A stretch of DNA of 64,000 nucleotides, taken from NCBI RefSeq assembly GCF_036365525.1, contig NC_090404.1, positions 12,056,550 to 12,120,549 of the forward strand. The letters are read 5' to 3'. Under the pieces are notes generated by a model. It was not told where the DNA came from. It ran no database searches and saw only the letters and a list, made by a program, of their open reading frames with translations. Positions 1-11,600 of the stretch are shown here, in pieces; position 1 is the stretch's first letter; each line of letters begins with the position of its first letter. This DNA comes from Heterodontus francisci. Lineage: Eukaryota. Made by a program: the position numbers and the translations under genes.

Positions 1-480
1 AGTGCTCATGAGCACACAGTTACCTGCTCCTACACCCATCAGGGCAGTGCTCATGGACACACAGCCACCTGTTACCCCATCCGACGTTGAAACAACCATG
101 CAGAGCCTTGTGAGACTCCGCAATTGCCAGTTGCTGCCTGTCAAGCCGAGAGGGCGTCCAAAGGGGTCAAGCACTTGGGGAACATTCAGCAAGAAGAGAC
201 TGAGCACTAAAAGAAACAAGCATGCCGTGTCCAGTGGTAGCAGAAATGTGAATGCTCTTGCTGTGAACACAACTGGTGATAGTAGTAGGCAGGATTAAAT
301 GAGAATGGATGGAAAGACGCACGACTAACATCACCACTGGCAGGGAACTGCTGGGCTAAATGGCCAGCTTTATGCTCATAGCCCAAAAGAAATGTGCTTC
401 TTTTCCAGCACCCTCACATCATTCATGTTTTCCCTGAGAGCAGCATTGAACCATCACGAGATAGGGACAGTAACATCATC

Positions 481-938
481 CTGCCTCCTACAGCTGAGGT
501 GGGTACTAAGTGATCCATTGGCGGTGTTATCAGTACATGCCTTTACCGCAGAACACAAAGCATTCTCAACAGTAATTTCATTGGAGGGAGGGAAGCTCTG
601 ACACTGATGTTCTTTCCTTATTTTCTTTCATGTAAAACGTGCCCTTGAGAAAACAATCCTTGACACTTAAGGACGGCATTCAAGCAAAGGAGGCAGTGCG
701 GGAGAGGACGCAAGGATGTGCTGATTCCTGCATCTGAGGTGGGTAATAAGTGCTTCATTGGCGACGTTATCAATTGGTGCCTTCACTGCAGAACTTAAAA
801 AGGTGTGCACAACAGTAATTTCAGTGGATGGAGGGAGGCAAGCTCTGACTCTGATTTGCTTTATTTCTTTTCATGTAAAACATGCCATCGAGAAAACAAT
901 CCTTGAGACTTAAGGTCAGCATTCAAGCAACGAAGGCA
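481..938. repeat. Diverged ~240-bp direct duplication (about 481-695 and 721-938)
   Basis: Shared blocks CTGAGGTGGGTA, AACAGTAATTTCA, AAGCTCTGAC, TTTCATGTAAAAC, GAGAAAACAATCCTTGA and GCATTCAAGCAA occur in the same order in both copies. Confidence 0.8.
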
Positions 939-1351
939 ACTAGATCATGCTGCGGAGCTCATCACGATGTGGAAAGGAACATTGCATTTATGGATGAATT
1001 GGGAATGCACATTGGGATGCGCTTGGGGAACATTCACCAAGAATAGACTGAGCTCAGACTCTTGTGACTTTGCCTTCTTCACATGGACAATACAGTAGTG
1101 GAATAGAGAGCCAAGCTTTTATTCACCACAAGGCTCTCCAGGAACAATCTCTTTAGCTGTGCATAGCAGAGACTCGGCCTGTCTGTCTAACGGGAATGCT
1201 GGACACAACACTCATGTATCCATGCACAGCAGTTCCTCGGATACTTAATGAACTTAATAAAACTTTTCAATAATTAAACCCAGAATTGTTGAGGTTTTGT
1301 TTTGCATGCTATTTCCCCGACTTTGAAACTGCACTTCAGATATTCAACTAT

Positions 1352-2146
1352 GGTGGGGAGGGGGGGGGGGGGGGGTAGAGGGAGGGGTGTTTGAAGAGGG
1401 GGAGGGGTGGGGAGTGCGGGGAGGGGTGGGGAGAGGGAGCATGCAAAATGCAGGGACCAAACATTTGCAATGCCTGAAGTACTGAGGAGAAGTAGAGAAA
1501 GCAACTGGGTAGGGGAGAAAGCAACTGGATTGGGCATCCGCAGCTGGAGGGAACGGCTGAATGGAGAGGGCCGGAAGCGAGAGGCCGTAGAGAGCCGCGG
1601 GGAGCGAGCGTGCGAAGACCTTGGTGTCACCGGGTCCAGGGACTGGCCAGTAAGTCTTTTGCTGTTGTGTTTATGGCGCATGCACAGAAAAAGGCACTCC
1701 TCTTCCGTTCTGCTGCTCCCCCCCACTCTCTCCCCTTCCTCCCTCTCCCCCCCAGCTCTCCCCCTCCCCCCTTCCTTACCCCTCCCTCTCCCTATTTCAC
1801 CCCCTCCCCCTTTCTCTCCCTGTTTCTCCCCCTCTCCCTCTTTCTCCCCTCTCCCTCTTTCTCCCCTCTCCCTCTTTCTCCCCCCACCCTCTCTCTCCCC
1901 CTCCCTCTCCCTCTTTCTCCCCCCCTCCCTCTCCCTCTGTCTCCCCCCTCCCTCTCCCTCTTTCTCCCCCTCCCCCCTTCCTGACCTCTCCCTCTTTCTC
2001 CCCCTCTCCCCTCCCTCTTTCACCCCCTCTCCCCTCCCTCTTTCTCCCCATCTCCCCTCCCTCTTTCTCCTCCCCTCCCTCTTTCTCCCCCCCTCCCTCT
2101 CCCTCTTTCTCCCCCCCTCCCTCTCCCTCTTTCTCCCCCCCTCCCC
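1352..2146. repeat. G-rich tract (about 1352-1440) and long homopyrimidine (CT-rich) simple repeat (about 1715-2146)
   Basis: Directly visible low-complexity sequence; it produces spurious Gly/Glu/Arg and Pro/Ser/Leu ORFs. Confidence 0.95.
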
Positions 2147-2557
2147 GGCACCGCTACCGCTGGTCACCCCGCGCTGCTCTCCCCGGCCCCCGCGCTGCTC
2201 TCGCCGGCCCGCTCCACTCTCTCACTCCGGCCATTGATTTCTGCCACGTGTTTGTTAGGTTTCATCTCTGTGATTTTTTGAGCAGCGCCATCTTTAGTCC
2301 TGGCAGCTGCAACAGTCGCAGGCTGTGACGTTTCCGTGGCACATGCTGTATCTGCGCATGTGCCAAAACAGCGCCACGACTGATCGCGTTGTCAACAATT
2401 GCGGTCTTTGCTTTCATGAAGATGTAGCTGCGCTTGGGCGTAGGTAGGCACACTCCGATGACGTCAGCGGGCCGGTGCGTTGTCAGGAATCACTTTGTTA
2501 GTGAAACTGCCAAGATTCACTCAGCAGGTCTGGCAGCATCTGTGGAAAGAGAAGCAG

Positions 2558-2594
2558 AGTTAACGTTTCGGGTCAGTGACCCTTCTTCGGAACT
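2558..2594 (-). ncRNA. Minimal type I hammerhead ribozyme motif in the inverted pLTR
   Basis: Reverse complement reads AGTT-CCGAAGA-AGGGTCACTGACCC-GAAA-CG-TTA-ACT: core boxes, stem II hairpin, UH site. Confidence 0.7.
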
Positions 2595-4193
2595 GACAAA
2601 TATTAGAAAAGTCACAGATTATAAACAAGTGAGGTGGGGGTTGGGCAAGAGATAACAAAGGAGAAGGTGCAGATTGGACCAGGCCACATAGCTGACCAAA
2701 AGGTCAAGGAGAAAAGGCAAACAATATGTTAATGGTGTGTTGAAAGACAAAGCATTAGTGCAGATTAGGTGTGAATATACTGAATATTGAACAGCAGCAA
2801 GTGCAATCCTGAAGAAAAACAACCTGAAAAAAACAGTGGGTAAGCAATCTCTGACACCTCCCTTCCCTTCCTCGACTTCTCTGTCTCCATCTCTGGGGAT
2901 AGGTTGTCTACAAATATCCATTATAAGCCCACTGGCTCCCACAGCTACCTCGACTACACTTCTTCACACCCTGCCTCCTGTAAGGACTCCATTCCATTCT
3001 CCCAGTTTCTCCGTCTCCGACGCATCTGCTCTGATGATGCTACCTTCCATGACGGTACTTCTGATATGACCTCCTTTTTCCTCAACCGAGGATTTCCCCC
3101 CACTGTGGTTGACAGGGCCCTCAACCGTGTCTGACCCATTCCCCGCACCTCTACCCTCACCCCTTCCCCTCCCTCCCAGAACCGTGACAGGGTTCCCCTT
3201 GTCCTCACTTTTCATCCCACCAGCCTCCATATCCAAAGGATCATCCTCCGCCATTTCCGCCACCTCCAGCGTGATGCCACTACCAGTCGCATCTTCCCCT
3301 CCCTTCCCCTGTCAGCATTCCGAAGGGATCGTTCCCTCCGCGACACCCTGGTCCACTCCTCCATTACCCCCACCACCTCGTCCCCGTCCCAGGGCACCTT
3401 CCCTTGCAATCGCAGGAGGTGTAATACCTGCCCATTTACTTCCTCTCTCCTCACTATCCCAGGCCCCAAACACTCCTTTCAGGTGAAGCAGCGATTTACT
3501 TGTCCTTCTTTCAATGTAGTATACTGTATTCGCTGCTCACAGTGTGGTCTCCTCTACATTGGGGAGACCAAGCGCAGACTGGGTGACCGCTTTGCGGAAC
3601 ATCTCCGCTCAGTCCGCAAGCAGGACCCTGAGCTTCCGGTTGCTTGCCATTTCAACACTCCCCCCTGCTCTCATGCTCACATCTCTGTCCTGGGATTGCT
3701 GCAGTGTTCCAGTGAACATCAACGCAAGCTCGAGGAACAGCATCTCATCTACCGATTAGGCACACTATAGCCTGCCGGACTGAACATTGAGTTCAATAAT
3801 TTCAGAGCATGACAGCCCCCAACTTTACTTTCATTTTTAGTCATTTTTAGTTATTTTTTCTTCCTTTTTTTTTTACATTGCTTTTAAAATTTTTGCAATC
3901 TTTTTTTGCATTTATTTCATTTCATCTTAGTTTGCTCAGTTTGCTTACCCACTGTTTTTTTCAGGTTGTTTTTCTTCAGGTTTGCACTTGCTGCGGTTCA
4001 ATATTCAGTATATTCACACCTAATCTGTACTAATGCTTTGTCTTTCAACACACCATGAACATATTGTTTGCCTTTTCTCCGTGACCTTTTGGTCAGCTAT
4101 GTGGCCTGGTCCAATCTGCACCTTCTCCTTTGTTATCTCTTGCCCATCCCCCACCTCACTTGTTTATAATCTGTGACTTTTCTCATATTTGTC

Positions 4194-4230
4194 AGTTCCG
4201 AAGAAGGGTCACTGACCCGAAACGTTAACT
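4194..4230 (+). ncRNA. Minimal type I hammerhead ribozyme motif in the Penelope pLTR
   Basis: AGTT-CCGAAGA-AGGGTCACTGACCC-GAAA-CG-TTA-ACT; the core is C(C)GANGA rather than CUGANGA. Confidence 0.7.
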
Positions 4231-4334
4231 CTGCTTCTCTTTCCACAGATGCTGCCAGACCTGCTGAGTGAATCCAGCATTTCTTGTTTTTGTTTCAGAT
4301 TTCCAACATCCGCAGTATTTTGCTTTTATATCAC

Positions 4335-6190
4335 TGTATTCTAGATGTGTTCTCACCAATGGCCTGTATAACTGAAGCATAATATCCTTAATTTTATTTT
4401 CAGTTCCTGTCGTAATAAATTATAGCAATCCATTAGACTTCTTTTTTACTGTACCTGCATACGAACCTTTTGTGCCTCATGCAGTAGAATTCCTAGATCG
4501 CTCTGCACCCCGAAATTCTGCAGTCGTTCTCCGTTTAAGTAATACTCTGCTTTTTTATTCTTCTTGCCAAAATGAACAACTTCACATTTTCACACATCTA
4601 CGAGATTTTTGCCCACTCACTTAACCTATCTATATCGGTCTGCAACTTCCCTATGTCCTCTTTACAACATACTTTCCTACCTATCATTGTGTCATCTGCA
4701 AATTTAACTACCATGCCATTGCTCCCCTCATCTAAGTCATTGATATTAACTGTAAAAGGTTGAGGCTCCAGCACAGACCCCTGTGGGGCTCCACTCGTCA
4801 CATCCTGCCAATCAGAAAATGACCCATTTATGCATACTGTCTGTTTCCTTCCAGCCAGCCAATCTTCTATCCATGCTCATATGTTATCCCCGGACACCAT
4901 GAGCTCCTACTCTGCGCAATAACTTTTTATGTGGCACCTTGTCAAATGTTTCTGCAAATCAAGTACAGCACGTCAACGGACTTCCCTTTATCCACAGCGC
5001 AGGTTACTCCTTCAAAGTTTTCCAATAAATTGTTTAAACGTGATTTCCTTTTCACAAAACCATGCTGACTATTCCCGATTACCTTGAGTTTTTCTAGCTC
5101 GAGCCGACTTGATGATCGATTCCAATACCTTCCCCACGACAGACGTCAAGCGAACTGCCCTATTTTCTGACCTGATTTCTGCCTCGACCACCCACCACCA
5201 ACACAGCAGCTGAATAGAGGGGTAATATTTGCTACTTTCCAGTCTGATAGAAACTTTCCAGAATATAGCAAATTTTGAAAAATTAACACCAACGCATCTA
5301 CTACCTCATTAGCCACCTCTTTTAAGACCCTAGGATGCAACCCATCAGGACGCAGGAAATTGTTAGCCCGCAGATCCATCAGTTTGCTCACTACCGGTTC
5401 CCTGGTGATTGCAATTTCACCAATTTCCTCTCTTGCTTCCACCTCCTGATTTTCAGCTATTACTGGAATGGTTTCTGTATCCTCTATAGTGATGACAGAA
5501 ACGAAATATTTGTTCATTTCATCCGCCATTTCCTTATTATCTACTATGAGCTCCCCATTCTCTCTCCCTAGAGGACCAACCCGTACTATAAATACTTTTT
5601 TCCTTTTTAAAATACACGTCGAAACTCTTGCTATCCGTTTTTACATTTCTAAGTAGCTTCCTCTCCTATTCTAATTTATTTCTCCTTATTAACCATTTAG
5701 TCATTCTCTGCCGTTCTTGATATTCTGACCAATAATCTGACCTGACACTTATCTTTGCGCATATAAATTTATTTCCTTAAGTTTGATGCTTTCGTCAACT
5801 TCGTTGGTTTACCACCGATAGTGGATCCTCCCCTTAGAATATTTCTTGACAGTAAGGATATACTTATCCTGAGCATTCTGAAATATCGCCTTAAACTTCT
5901 GCCATTTTTAAACTATTAACCAATCTGTTAACCTAGTAACCCAGTTCACTTCAGCTAGCTCAGCTTTCATGCCCACATAGTTGCCCTTTTCCAGTTTAGA
6001 ATACTCGTCTTAGACCTGCTCTTCTCTCATTCAAACTGGATGTAACATTCAATGATATTGTGATCGCTACTACCCAGAGGTGCCTTTACTCTGAGGTCAT
6101 TAATTAATCCAGTCACTTTACACAATACCAAGTCCAGTAAAACCTGCTCTCTGGTTGATTCCAGAACGCGCTGCTCTAAGAAAGTATCGG
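4335..6190 (-). mobile_element. Degenerate CR1 LINE fragment (ORF2 remnant)
   Basis: Minus-strand peptides TSGAPQGSVL...INDLDEG...KFADDT and PDGLHPRVLKEVANEVVDALVLIFQ...DWKVANITPLF. Confidence 0.9.
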
Positions 6191-7159
6191 CTGTCTCCAC
6201 TCTTTACTCACAATTGAAAATGTTTTCTTCTTCCGGTCTTTAGGTTAAAGGTTCAAAACCTTTGTGTCTGCATGGTATATAAATTCAGGACCACTCCCAA
6301 TCGATCTTTGCGGAAGCAGGAGCTGTCAGATGAGGACAATGTCGAAACACAGAATTTCCCACACCCTGATCACGGGTATCTGAACCTTTCTCCCTCTCGC
6401 CACCAGAGGTCGTGAGATAACAATGTTCATTTTATGGATCTGTCGCCGGGCAGCGAAGTGAGTTAAGTTTATATTAAACTTATATATATTCAAAAATATA
6501 CTCCAAAACCTGAGTATAATTTGGAATATATAGACGTTCAATAGCTGATATCAACTTCTCAGAGTAATCATTACAAAGAAGCATCTACATATCGAAGGAT
6601 TACTTCTGAACAGTGTGGGTGGAAGATCGTGAAAGAATATTAAACTGTGAACGTCAGACACACCCTGAAATCTGAGTTCTGAATCATTAACTGTATCGTT
6701 ACTGAAGGTCGATGTTAAATGAATGAAAGACAAATCGAAACCACCTGTATTTTGTTTATTTTCCTTCTCCACTCCTTTTGCCATTCTGAGTGGAATTTGT
6801 AACAGCAGTTTTTCATGTCCTGCTGATGTTGAGTATTCTGTTTTAGTGAGAACCCACCCTACATTCCGAAGGCTTCGAACCCGCTCCTGGCGCTCTGCTC
6901 CCGCCCACTTTCAGCCAAACAGCAACACATTGCTACAAAGCACTGATGTCTGTTCAGTAGTTTGTTCAGTAACAGCAGATATCATCGTTCTAATGTGATG
7001 GATCTATAAATCACTCCGATAAAATACCTGATCAATGTTAATTCACAAGTTAATTGATCGGTGAGGGAAATCTCACTGGATTCACGGTTACCTTGGTGCT
7101 GATGGTGAAGATACTGGAATTTGAGAGGAAGAATTAACGCCAGTATAAACCAAATCCAG

Positions 7160-7447
7160 TAACAATCTCATGTTTCTGGTTACAATAACCAGACAAGGGA
7201 TTCTGTCCCCGCCCCACGACTCTAATAGCGGAACCATTCCCCATATGAGGACAGTGACTGTAGCCCAGCTCGGGGTGTTTCCATTCACTGACAGCCAGCT
7301 CACCACCTACCGCTCTCACAGCACCACTGGGGACACAAGGAAGTGAGGTGAGAGAATCCTGAGACAAGACAGCAGATTATTGAGGGTGGGGATTAGAACG
7401 GGTGTCTTCAAATATCCAACTCCCCTTTTACAGAGCGGACAGCGACA
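7160..7447 (+). promoter_or_regulatory. Putative promoter of the intact TCR V segment
   Basis: Lies directly upstream of the leader ATG (7448). Contains AGGAAGTGAGGTGA (7338-7351), an Ets site overlapping a variant of the TCR V decamer AGTGAYRTCA. An inverted copy occurs at 8177-8426. Confidence 0.5.
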
Positions 7448-7913
7448 ATGCGGCTACTCAGCATCTGGGTTGTGTGGGGAGCATTTCTGACAGGTAATTG
7501 TGGACAAAACACATTTCATCTTTTCTCTCGTTTCACAAACATGGTTTGAACCTGAATTTTCAACAACCGTCGGTCTGATCTTTTCCTGTTTAAACTTGTT
7601 TTTCAGATTTAAGTCATGGAGATTCTGTCACTCAGCCGCGTTCCCCAGATGTTAAGACAGAAGGAGAAGCGGTGATTTTAAGCTGTACCTATGATACGAC
7701 ACGGAGCGAGTATTCTTTATACTGGTACCAGCAACACCCAGATACACAGCCCGAGTTTATACTGAGGAAGGATTCTGATAATTATGAAGATAAAGCAGAT
7801 TTTGCTAAAAATCATTTCTCCGCTGAACTCCACACCGTGACTAAATTCACCAGTTTAACCATCTCAGGGCTGCAGCTGACTGACTCTGCCGTGTATTACT
7901 GCGCCTTCAGACT
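7448..7913 (+). CDS. TRAV/DV: TCR alpha/delta-type V gene segment, apparently functional (leader 7448-7493, intron, V exon 7607-7913)
   Basis: Leader MRLLSIWVVWGAFLT with GT at 7494; TTTCAG acceptor. Open V exon DLSHGDSVTQ...VILSCTYDT...LYWYQQHP...PEFIL...SLTISGLQLTDSAVYYCAFR with both Cys and the Trp; followed by a 23-RSS. Confidence 0.93.
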
Positions 7914-7952
7914 CACAGTGATGGAAAGCAGTCTCACCCCTGCACATAAACT
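7914..7952 (+). other. 23-bp spacer recombination signal sequence of the TCR V
   Basis: CACAGTG + 23 nt + ACATAAACT. Confidence 0.95.
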
Positions 7953-8176
7953 GCCTTTGGAGTGTGGGTGGGAGCTCTGGTCTGTTGGGGTCTGTGTAGA
8001 ATCGCAGGCAGATGTGCAGCGACAATGTGCCGCGCGCTGTCAGGCACTCAAACACACACCGAGAGGAAACCAAATTAACCTCGGATCAAACTGTCACCCA
8101 ACTGTTTCCAGGAACGGCCGAGAAATCAAACTACAGAATCCAATCAGACAGACAGATCCAGCACAGAAAACATATG

Positions 8177-8426
8177 TGAGGACCCCAGTTCTAATCCCCA
8201 GCCTCAATAATCTGCTGTCATGTCTCAGGATGCTCTCATCTCACTTCCTTGTGTCTCCAGTGGTGCTGTGAGACCAGTCGGTCGTCAGCTGGCTGTCAGT
8301 GAATGGAAACACCCCGAGCTGGGCTACAGTCAGAGTTCTGATAGGGAAATGGCTGCACATTTAGAGACCGGGGGTGGGAATGAAACCCTGGCCTGTTAAT
8401 TATCACCAACCTGCTCAGGATTGTTA
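8177..8426 (-). repeat. Inverted copy of 7160-7410 (V promoter region) downstream of the RSS
   Basis: AGCTGGCTGTCAGTGAATGGAAACACCCCGAGCTGGGCTACAGTCA is the exact reverse complement of 7255-7300; similarity extends over about 250 bp. Confidence 0.9.
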
Positions 8427-8624
8427 ATGGCGACAGAAAATATTCCATCATTAAGGAGACACCCTGAAGCACAATGGACATTAGAGGAACTCTGTGTTTT
8501 GCGCTTGTTTTAAACATCACAGACACTACCTTGTGAAATCTATTCATTGTGTACGAACTGTCTCTGAGTCAGCAACACGCTCTGATCAAAAAAACCCTGT
8601 GAACAGGCGGCGGTCAAAGACTCT

Positions 8625-11600
8625 GAGAAACTGATATCCCAATTAATTATTTATTCTCAGGAAACAGCTAATTAAAGAAAAAAGCAACCAGTTAACCGCT
8701 GAATTGTGAGTGCATGTGTGTGAAAGGGCGAGTTCGGTTAAAATAAGAAGTGATAATTGTTTTTAGACATAAGTGTATCTTAATAGTGTTTAAGATTTAG
8801 TTGAAATAAATAGTTAATTTGTTGTTGTCTAAAGATACCGGCTTTGGTCTATTTTATTCTGGGGGTTACTAAAGTGTTCACTTTGGGTGTTTTCCGGTTT
8901 GGTAGAAAAAACTTAATAATATGCTGCAATCTGTGTAGTGATGGGACTGAACTGACAGTGCATTACTCCCGCCTCGGTCGTAATATATTAATTTGGTATC
9001 TCGTGTAGGATCAGATTAATTGGGGGTTCGCATTTGGAATTATATTAGTTGCTCATATCTGGGATAACATATAAATTGGGGTCTTGCGTCTGGCATCATA
9101 TTAATTGCTATCGCATCTGGGGCCATATGAATTGGAAACTCGTTTGCTGGGATCCAAACCTAATGACAATTACGAAAACATAGCAGGAACCAGGGTTCTT
9201 GTGTAATAAGGTACAGTCTATGACATCAGAATGGCATTAGCAGTTGCAGCAGTTTTTCTGGGAAAGGACAACTTGTCCCTCAATGTCTTCACAATTTTAC
9301 CTAAGAATAAACGAAAAGAACTGGCTGAAAAATTGGGATTGGAATTGAAATCAGGTGGCAAACAAAGCAGTAATAATTGACCTAATAGCCCAACATCTAA
9401 AATTAGAAGATGAAGAAGAGGAAGAAGATAGTAAGCCAAAGAATAATTCAGTGGAATTGGCTAAGATTCAGTTAGAAATCAAAAAACTGGAACTTGAACA
9501 TGAAAAAGAAAAAGTCAAAGCAAAAAGTAAACTTGAGGCTGAAAAAGAATTGTAGAAAATTGAACTTGAAAAAGAGCAGAGAGGGAAAGAAAGGGAATTT
9601 AGGTTAAAAGAGGTGGAACTAAGACAAAGGGGTGGTCTTGACTCCAGGGAAAATTCAGCTTTGGAAGAAGCTGAATTCAGCGCAGAGCACAAGGAAAAGC
9701 TCTTTAAATTTATACAAGCTCTTCCTAAGTTTGAGGAAAGGGACATAGAGGCATTTTTCATATCTTTTGAAAAAATAACCAAACTGATGGAATGGAAATT
9801 GGAAAACTGGAGACTGCTGATGCAAAGCAGGCTGATGGGCAGAGCTCTTGACGTTGAGGCCACGCTTCCTGAAAAGGCTACTGCAGATTATCAAATGGCA
9901 AAAAAGGCCATTCTCGCTGTGTATGAGTTAGTCCCTGAAGCTTACCGTCAGACGTTTCGGAACTTGCGAAGATTGACTGGGCAGACGTATGTCGAATTTA
10001 AGAGAGTGAAGCAAAGTAATTTTGACCATTGGATACGGGCATTAAAGATAGAAACCACAGATGAGAACCTTCGAGAATGGATTCTCTTGGAAAAGTTTAA
10101 AAACTGTATTCCTTCAGTAGTGAGAACTGATGTAGCTCAGATGAAAGTTTTGAAAGCTAGGCAAGCAGTGGAAGTTAATGATTTTGAGCTTGTGAATAAG
10201 CCAAAACCTTTTGTCCATCACCCCCATAAACACGAGAAGGATAGAAGGTGGGAGAGTGAAAGGAAGGCAAGTAGCCGGGGACAAGAAGGAACAGCTTTGA
10301 ATGCCCCAGGATCACCTCCTCAGGCCCGAAAGGAAGGTTCTGAGGGTAGAAGTGAGGTTTGCATGCTGAAGTGGTATCATTGCCACAAAACGGGTCATCT
10401 TCGTTCAGAGTGCTGGAAATTGCAAGGTAAACCCATAGGACTTGCAAAGCTAATGCAGAGGAAATGACTCTGACTAAGAGGACAGAAGACCAGGCTATTG
10501 CTTTAATGGCAGCTGTAAAACGAGATACAAAAACTAAAGTGAGTGTAGAGGTTAAGGATAAGATACCCGAAAGTTATAATTAATTTTTGGCAAAGGGGAA
10601 AGTAACTCCATTTCCTTTAAATGAGATGGGAAAACTTATCATTATGCTCAGGGATACAGCAGCAACCCAAACACTCTCGCTGGCGAAAGATATAACGTTT
10701 CCACATGACAGGGCTTTGAACGCTAAAAGTTCAGTTAATGGAGTTGGCGGGGAGTATATACACCCGTACCTTTATATAAAGAACGCTGAGAGACTGACTT
10801 AATATCTGGGATGGTAACTGCAGCAGTTGTCCACAGTTTTCCAGTGCAGGGAATTGATCTACTCCTCGGAAATGATCTGGCTGGATAAAAAGCATCAGTT
10901 TCTCTAATAATTACAGAGAAACCAAGTGTAGTTAGGTAAATGGAACAATTACAGGGGCAAGTTTCAGGAATATTTCCTGCATGTGTAGTCACCCGAGCAA
11001 TGACTAAAAAGGATCCATTGTCGGAGGTAAAAGTGGCAGCACAAACAGATAGCCAAGTAGAAGAAACTTTATTTGGGGATTGAGATAATCCAAATGAGAT
11101 GTTCATTAAACCTCTATAATTGCAGCACAGCAAGCCGATCCAGAGATATACAGAATAGCACAGACGGCTCTGACAGAAGCTGAGGCGAAAGGAGTTCCAG
11201 AAGGCTATTATATGGCAAGCAGGGTTTTGAGGAGTACTTGGAGAACGCCTCATAGACCTGCAGTCGAAGACTGGACAGTTGTTCAACAGATGACAAATAT
11301 CACCACAGATTATGAAAGTTAGCACATGACGTTCCTTTTTCAGGACAGGGAGGAATTTGGAATACTAAATCACGTATAAACTAACATTACTACTGTCTAG
11401 ACCTTGCAAAGGACGTAAAGCAGTTTTGTGTGGCTCAGAAACACCTAAAACACCCCAAGCCGATATGGAAAAGTGGGGAGACAAGAATGCAAAAACCCGC
11501 AATTTTCAACCAGGGGATGAAGTATTGGTACTGTTACCGATACAGGGGGAACCATTAAACGCACGGTTCAATGGCCCATTTAGAGTGAACAAAAGAGTGG

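Larger units (their letters stand above)
2514..4330 (+). mobile_element. 5'-truncated Penelope-like retroelement with inverted pLTR copy (RT C-terminus plus GIY-YIG endonuclease, disabled)
   Basis: Frame 2850-3812 reads SLPFLDFSVSISGDRLSTNIHYKPT...CNRRRCNTC...NVVYCIRCSQCGLLYIGETKRRLGDRFAEH...GLNIEF, with premature stops at 3132 and 3768. Segment 2514-2847 is the reverse complement of 3941-4274. Confidence 0.9.

Noticed and set aside
1274-2237. Long ORFs (297 and 276 aa) rich in G/E/R or P/S/L
   Set aside because: Translations of a CT/GA simple repeat
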